Origin: the human T2T-CHM13v2.0 reference genome, Homo sapiens
Reading direction: 5' to 3' (one strand)
Length of the DNA: 64,000 bases
NCBI RefSeq assembly: GCF_009914755.1
Contig: NC_060941.1
Position numbers and translations under genes: made by a program. The notes beneath the pieces were generated by a model that searched no databases, was not told the origin of the DNA, and saw nothing but the letters and a program-made list of their open reading frames with translations. Positions 39,351-64,000 of this stretch are shown piece by piece (position 1 is the first letter of the stretch; each line of letters begins with the position of its first letter).

Positions 39351-40303
39351 TAGCCAGGATGGTCTCGATCTCCTGACCTCGTGATCCACCCGTCTCGGCC
39401 TCCCAAAGTGCTGGGATTACAGACGTGGGCCACCGCGCCCAGCCTCCTTTTCAAATCCTACTCTTAAAACTTTTTTTTCATATAGAAGCAACTAAAAGTT
39501 AACACCGGAACAGTCAACTCGATTAACAGCCTGCCAAAAGATCCGATCATTTCAAATTGAATTTCCAATTAGAATATTCACACCATAGAAACACTTCTGA
39601 GATAACTCAGCACTATAATGGAGATCCTTCAAGGTTATTTAGGTTACAATCATCCAAGCCATTTTTACCTTGGTTTTCCCTCTTAGAAGTCTCCGCTGCA
39701 CCTGTCAGTTCTCAAATGCACAAGTCCTTGCCAGACCACCCAGCCTCTATGACTCCTGAAGCAAGCAACACAGGACCAAGGAAAATTCACACAAGCGCTA
39801 ACAAGTCTGGTTTGATTATTTTCTGCAAGCTCGTCCAATAGTTCCTCAGCGACTGAGTCTAGACTTGAGGAAAGAGGACTGAGTGAGGCCATCATTCCTT
39901 GTTGTCATTTTAGATTAGGTCTTTCTGACAACGGCCAAAACGAGTATTCTGGAAATCATGCAGACTTTCCTCTGTCTCTTTATATGTGTTGGATACAAAC
40001 ACGTTTCATTTTAGAAACCTCCAGAAGAGACTGGCCACAGAGGTTTTTGCTTCTATTAAACCCCTTTGCCTAGTTTCTCCCCACCCAAGAGAATCAATAC
40101 ATCCTAATGTCATCCTCCGGCACACACTGTACATTTCCTCTAACTCTGCCCTTTTGGCTATCATTTGCTCACAGCTCCGTGGGAAAGTTCCCCCAAACCA
40201 TTACAATTATCTCAACCGGACCGGGCTACAGGCCAAGCAACTCGGAGTCACCGCTCGGCCTGGCCCGGCCACGCCGACGAGCGCGTCCTGGCCCGCTCCT
40301 TAC

Positions 40304-40490
40304 CTGTGGCCGAAGCCGAAACCCGGCCCAGCGCCCTGCGTCCGACACCCCTGCCCGGCCTGCCTCTCGGCCTGGCCGCCGCCTCCGCGATCGCAGCGGT
40401 TTTACTGCCCCGGATGCCTCTAGGACGCAGCCAGAACCGTAGCTCAGTCACGCCGCGCCTCTCTTCACGTAGCCTCCGCCGTCCGTTACG
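40304..40490 (-). other. CCDC47: CCDC47 non-coding exon 1 (TSS approximate)
   Basis: Strong minus-strand donor CAG|GTAAGG at 40304/40303 in the CpG island. Confidence 0.85.
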
Positions 40491-41080
40491 TAGAATGCGA
40501 GCGGCTCGTCAGCGCCTGCGCGCAGCCTGCGGGGCGGGACGCAACCCCGGGGAAAGCGCGAGACCTCCCTCTCTCCCGCCCGGCTGAGGCGAGGTGGGGC
40601 TTTTGGGAAAATTACATAATCCCCGCCCCTGGGCCGGAACTGCCCTCGCCTATCCCAATCCTCCTACCTAGGATTCCGTCAAGTTGACGTCACACGGAAC
40701 CGGTGCTCCGGAAGCTAAAGGTGGCCATGCTGTGTGGGACCACGTGGCCAGAGGCAAGAGTGTCGCTCTAGTAGTATATGCAACAGTTTAAACTATAGGC
40801 ATGTTCATGTAAATATGGTTTCTGTCCAACCCGTTTTCTCTTGGGATTTTTGGCTAGCCCCTTGACGCCACTTTTTCTTCATTCGCAGACCCACTTTGTA
40901 GATGGGTCATGAACACTGTCCACCCAACTGCAGTTTCCCGTCAGAGTATCTGAGGAGCCTGTGAGGCGTTCTGGAGCTTTAAGGTCAGGCGCCTTCCGGG
41001 AGCCGTAGCCCCGGCCACGCCCTTCTGCCCGCGCGTTCCTCACTGCGCATGTCGCGTTTTTGTTCCCCTCCCCCCTTCAG

Positions 41081-41253
41081 CAACGGGCCGTGAGGCGGTG
41101 GCGGTGGTGGCGGTGGCGGCGGTGGCGGCGGCGGCGAAGGGGGCGGAGAGGAAGGAGCGCGGCGGGACCGGGCCGGGACAGCGCGTACTTTGGGCTCCGG
41201 GAGTCGCTCCGCGCCCGCGGTTGTAGCAGCTGCCGCTGCAGCCATAGCAGCAG
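41081..41253 (+). other. DDX42: DDX42 non-coding exon 1 (5' end approximate)
   Basis: Donor CAG|GTTTGT at 41253/41254; GC-rich leader. Confidence 0.8.
41094..41135 (+). repeat. (GGC/GGT)14 interrupted trinucleotide repeat in the DDX42 5'UTR
   Basis: ggc ggt ggc ggt ggt ggc ggt ggc ggc ggt ggc ggc ggc ggc. Confidence 0.95.
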
Positions 41254-41899
41254 GTTTGTGCGTGGGGGTTCTGGACGCAAGGCCGCCAGTCCTTGGGGGC
41301 ACTGGAGGCAACTGCTGGGCCTAGCGAGGGCGGAGGAACCGCGGCCTCGCTTAACAAAGAGTCGGCAGAGCCTCGGGGCACCGGCGGCCGGGGTGCCGGG
41401 AAGGGGTGGGAGTGGGGGCTGAGGCCTCTAGGGTTCCTTCCTAGCCGCGTCGCCCTCCCACAGCTCCCGCTTCCCTCACAAGTCTTACCGAGGCCCAGTT
41501 GGCGGCTTTCCGGAGGCGGCGCCCCCTCGCCTAGGAAAAGGATTTGCAGGGTGCCCGGCTCCAGGGCAGGAATAGCGCGGGGAGAATTCTGACCCAAGGA
41601 GGCAGCGCTTGGGAGATGCAGGCCTCCGAATTTGGGGTCCTGAGAGGCAAAAGCTGCCAAATGAGAGGAGTGAAAAGATATAGGCGATGATCTTTGTGCA
41701 GCCTTGAGTAGGTCGATTATTAGCATCACTGTAGTCACACAAACTTTTTTGCGGCCTACTTGAGAGCGTATCTGATGTGAATAAATAATTTACATGGAAT
41801 TGCAAACATATGCATCAAAAACAGGAGAAGCTGTCGAGAGTTTTGGGGAATTACATTCTCATCACTGAGAATTTCCCTCTTGCCCCCACTCCTATAGGC

Positions 41900-42720
41900 A
41901 GTTATCCAATTTCTTGTGGCTTCCCTGTGTTTTCTTTTTGTCAATGATGTTTCTATGTCTGTCCTCTCTCGTATACACACCCAGGACTTCCTCAAGCGCA
42001 GGGACTATGTCTTAAGGCGCTTTGCAGAGCCAAGCTCATTTCTGGCACATAAGAGGTGAGCAATGAGTGTTTCGTACAAAAATTAATGTTTATATTTTGA
42101 CAGCTGGGAAAAGAAAATATATCTTCCTGTACCTGGAAGAAGCATTGTGTAGCCTAATGTGCAATTCGTTCATTCAAGGGGTATTTTTATTGGTGCCTAT
42201 TCTCTAGCGCCGTTCTAGGTGATAGGGATAGGTGTCAGACCCCTGCCTTTGGGGAACTTAACTTTCTAGTAGCGGGAGGAGAGGCAAACAGATACATATA
42301 TTATACTGAATGTTAGAAGATGATCAGTATCTTAGGGAAAAGAAAGCTGGAAAGGGGGTTGGGGAGGTGGTGGTGTTGGAATTTGCAATAAAGTGGTCAG
42401 GGAAGTCCATACAGACAAGCTGATATTTAAGCGGACTAGAAGGTGGAGTGAGAGCCTACGTTTATCTGGGGAAAGGAACGTTCCAAGCTAGAGAATAACA
42501 AACATAAAAGCCTTGAGGAGGACAAAGCTGGCCCGTTAAGAGTGTGAAGACCAACGCGTTTGGAGCACTGTGAGCTGAGGGAGTATTAGGAGATAAGGTC
42601 AGGGAAGAATTGGGGGAAGGGAGTGAGCGGAACAACCAAAGCCTTTTAGGCTGTTACTTAGGAAGGATCTGAGGGTTTCGATCAGAGGAATGATAATATC
42701 TGATTTATATTGTAACAATT
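41900..42720. mobile_element. L2 remnants
   Basis: L2 3'-end-like ctggcacataagaggtgagcaatgagtgtt, then antisense-L2-like attcgttcattcaa...gtggtcagggaag. Confidence 0.55.
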
Positions 42721-43509
42721 TAATATAAGAGAGGAGTGCAGTTATTTAAATTTGTTTTGTTACATTGATAGTCATATAATCAGCTCTTAGTTGCTTTAAG
42801 CTGACAGGAGAAGGGATGCTTCTAAAATAACCATAACCTAGCGTTTACTTGTATTTGGTTTAGAAGAATGTGATTACGTTCTTGAGTTTTTATTTAGATT
42901 CTCATCAAAGAACTGACCTGTATATAGTGTGTGAGGTACTCTCAAAGTATATGTAGAGTAGATGCTAATCACTGTCACTAGAACTCTTCCTTCCACCTCC
43001 AAAAATACAAGTGATAAAGTAATGTGGCTTATATAATCAGTTGTTTTTAGTCCACTATATTTAAAGTCATTTAGATCATATCTTATTTTCCGCCATTGCC
43101 GAAAACACAAACTAGCTAAATTGTCTTCCTTTATAAGTGTGTTCCACATTTATTCTCACTTCCTAGCCTTTGCTAGTTCAGTCTTTCTCCCTGGAATGTC
43201 TTCGTCTGCACGTCTCTACCCAGCTTTCATCTTTCTGTGCCTAGCCTGGCTTCTGACTCTGTTATGACACTTGCCCTTGCTTGTTAGCTCATGGTGATCT
43301 CTGACATCTTCAGTGTTCTTGTGGCGCTTATGTATGAAATACCTGAGTTGAAAGAAGTCTGATAGTCTCAATTTACCGATGAAGAAATTGGTTCTTCAGA
43401 AATAATGTAATAATGAAAAACACGATGGTAGCTGACATATTGAACAAGTACATTTTTGTGTATGAACTTAATTTTTCACGCCAACTCTTGAGATAGGTGA
43501 TAGTCTCAT

Positions 43510-50165
<6,656 letters not shown>

Positions 50166-50651
50166 GAAAGTTTTCCTGCTAGGAGATTGTGTGATTCTTA
50201 AAATCCACCTGAACGTAAATGTCTTTCCACTATCCTTTCTTTGCCTTCTCATCCTTATGGCTTATTAGCTCCTTGTTATACATTGTATACACTAGGAAAA
50301 ATGAGATTAAAATTGAGCCCATCCTTTTTGTTGCTTGGGAACACCTCTTGTAAAGATAGCTTATAGATTAGTTTAAAAACGTCAGATGCTGAAATTTTCT
50401 TGCTTGTAAAGATTCTTACTAAATTTCATCACACTGGAATTATGTTGATTCCTTGATTGAAGGAATCCCCTTATGGGATTCCGAAAGACAGCAGGAGATG
50501 AAGTTCAGGTAAATTAGTACTTACTAAATACATACCTTAGTCATTCTCACTGTTAGAGAAGGAAGTCCAAAATGAGTAAAGACAGTTTCTATCTGGAGTT
50601 AAGGGTCTAAGTAGAGATTGATGTAGTGTAATTCAAGTTTAATACTAAGCA

Positions 50652-54139
<3,488 letters not shown>

Positions 54140-54412
54140 GTAAGTGGTAATTCCTGGTAGTGTAGCAAAGTTTGGACTTTGATATATTCATTCTATCAGC
54201 AGAAATTGAGGCAAAGAAACTTTGTTTCTCAAATAATAATGAATTCTTAAATTATGTGTCTCGCTGAATTCCATTGTTCCTAATAAGTTAAATTACCAGG
54301 TTTACTCATTTGTAAGGAATGTAATACCTGTGGTGTTACTTATACCTTTACTCATTCAGTGTTACGTCCTACTGGGCTGTTGCTCACTGTGGGATTAGAA
54401 GCCATTGAAACA

Positions 54413-58915
<4,503 letters not shown>

Positions 58916-59267
58916 GTTTTCTTTTTTCCCATAGCACAGCTCTTTAATATTTGTCATATTTATCTAACAATGGTCAGTAAGTTTGTACTGAAAACTCTTC
59001 CCTTTTAACAGAACTGGGAGCATGATTTGACTATACACTATTGAAATGGAGAATGTCTTGTGATTACTTTTTTGTAATATTGAAATTTTGCATGTATTAA
59101 GTAGTACTTAATAATTAGGTCATTAGCCAAAGCCTTGGAGGTCTCTAATTTGATCTGCATTACATCTCCTAATAATAAGATATACCATAATAAAAATGTT
59201 GTTAAATGAAAGATTTACTGACCCCAAAGTAAGCATTCACTTTACCAGTTTGCTTTCTAATTCTCAG

Positions 59268-59418
59268 CTATTTTGAAGATGAGGAAGAAGATTCTAGCAA
59301 CGTTGATTTACCTTACATTCCTGCTGAAAACTCACCAACTCGCCAGCAATTCCATTCCAAGCCAGTAGATTCTGACAGCGATGATGATCCCTTGGAGGCA
59401 TTCATGGCTGAAGTGGAG
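59268..59418 (+). CDS. DDX42: DDX42 exon 3 (aYFEDEEEDSSNVDLPYIPAENSPTRQQFHSKPVDSDSDDDPLEAFMAEVE); gene continues past the window
   Basis: Acceptor TTCTCAG|C in phase with exon 2; 151 nt; donor GAG|GCAAGT; DPLE motif resembling the Prp5/DDX46 DPLD motif. Confidence 0.95.
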
Positions 59419-60129
59419 GCAAGTATCAACATGTTTCATTAAAATATTTAGCAGTTAGAAATAGATCAAGTTAACTTAGTACTTCAAATCTTATTCAAAA
59501 TTTGTTTTCTAGTCTTATTATTTTTTTTTTTTTGAGAATTTTGCTCCAGTAGTCTATAGTTGCATATATCTACTTCCACTTGCCCTGTAGTACTTTTGCA
59601 ATGATTGGTGGCTAGAAATTTGAACTGTAACCCATGAACATGGTAGCTCTAGACGTATATGTGTGTATGTATTTTATTTTAATAATCTTAGCATATTCTT
59701 AAATGGAATTAATATTCAATCTAGCATTTGTTAAGTACATATTTATGTAAGGTAATTAAACTTAAGGAACTTGCCAAAATTATAAATTCTGTATTCTGTA
59801 GTTTTAAATGTTATTTCTTCATCAACATTCATGACCTCCCTGTAGAAATTTAACCTCATGACCACCTCCTTGAAACTCTTCTCACTAGGCTTTTGTGATT
59901 TTGTGTTATTTTCCTTTTTCATCTTTCTGTTTTCTGTTTGTTTTTGTTTTCTTGCTATTTTTATTGTGGAAAAATTTAAACACATACAAAGATAGAATAA
60001 TAAAATGAACCTTCATGTACCTTTAACCAACTTTATTAGTTAACAACTTTTGGCCACTCTTGTTTTATCCAATCTCTCCCACCTCTGATTCTTTCTTTTC
60101 CTTTCTCTTTTTTTTTTTCTTTCTTTCTT

Positions 60130-64000
<3,871 letters not shown>

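Larger units (their letters stand above)
40200..41650. promoter_or_regulatory. CpG island, bidirectional CCDC47/DDX42 promoter: NRF1 (40512-40521, 41044-41055), ETS CCGGAA (~40634, ~40707), CRE TGACGTCA (40685-40692), E/G-box CACGTG (40741-40746)
   Basis: Head-to-head first exons ~0.6 kb apart; motifs read directly. Confidence 0.9.

Noticed and set aside
40107-41805. ORFs up to 232 aa over the CCDC47/DDX42 island, including a minus-strand poly-Pro ORF
   Set aside because: Explained by GC content and the GGY repeat; only the frame contiguous with the DDX42 ATG was kept as a hypothesis.

Overview
Human (primate) Alu-dense genomic DNA that I recognise as the STRADA-CCDC47-DDX42 locus (17q23.3). 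Left: intron 1, non-coding exon 1 and CpG-island promoter of STRADA (minus strand; identity inferred from gene order because no coding exon is in the window). Middle: the complete CCDC47 gene (minus strand, 1 non-coding + 12 coding exons; the exons I assembled give 1452 nt = 483 aa + stop). Right: a bidirectional CpG-island promoter and exons 1-3 of DDX42 (plus strand). The rest is mostly Alu, with LTR, L1, L2, MIR and DNA-transposon remnants, and almost all listed ORFs are Alu artefacts. Most notable observations: (1) a 120-bp, 93%-identical copy of the STRADA exon1/intron1 junction lies 1787 bp into intron 1, fused to an Alu head by microhomology, and forms a candidate 93-nt cryptic exon downstream of a (UG)n tract; (2) the DDX42 5'UTR has a (GGY)14 repeat, a stop-free in-frame Arg/Trp-rich 60-aa extension from a GTG, and a uORF that stops exactly before the poly-Gly frame; (3) DDX42 intron 3 has a GC donor. 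I see no prokaryote-type system (CRISPR etc.). Exon coordinates were checked base by base; repeat coordinates and family names are by-eye estimates.
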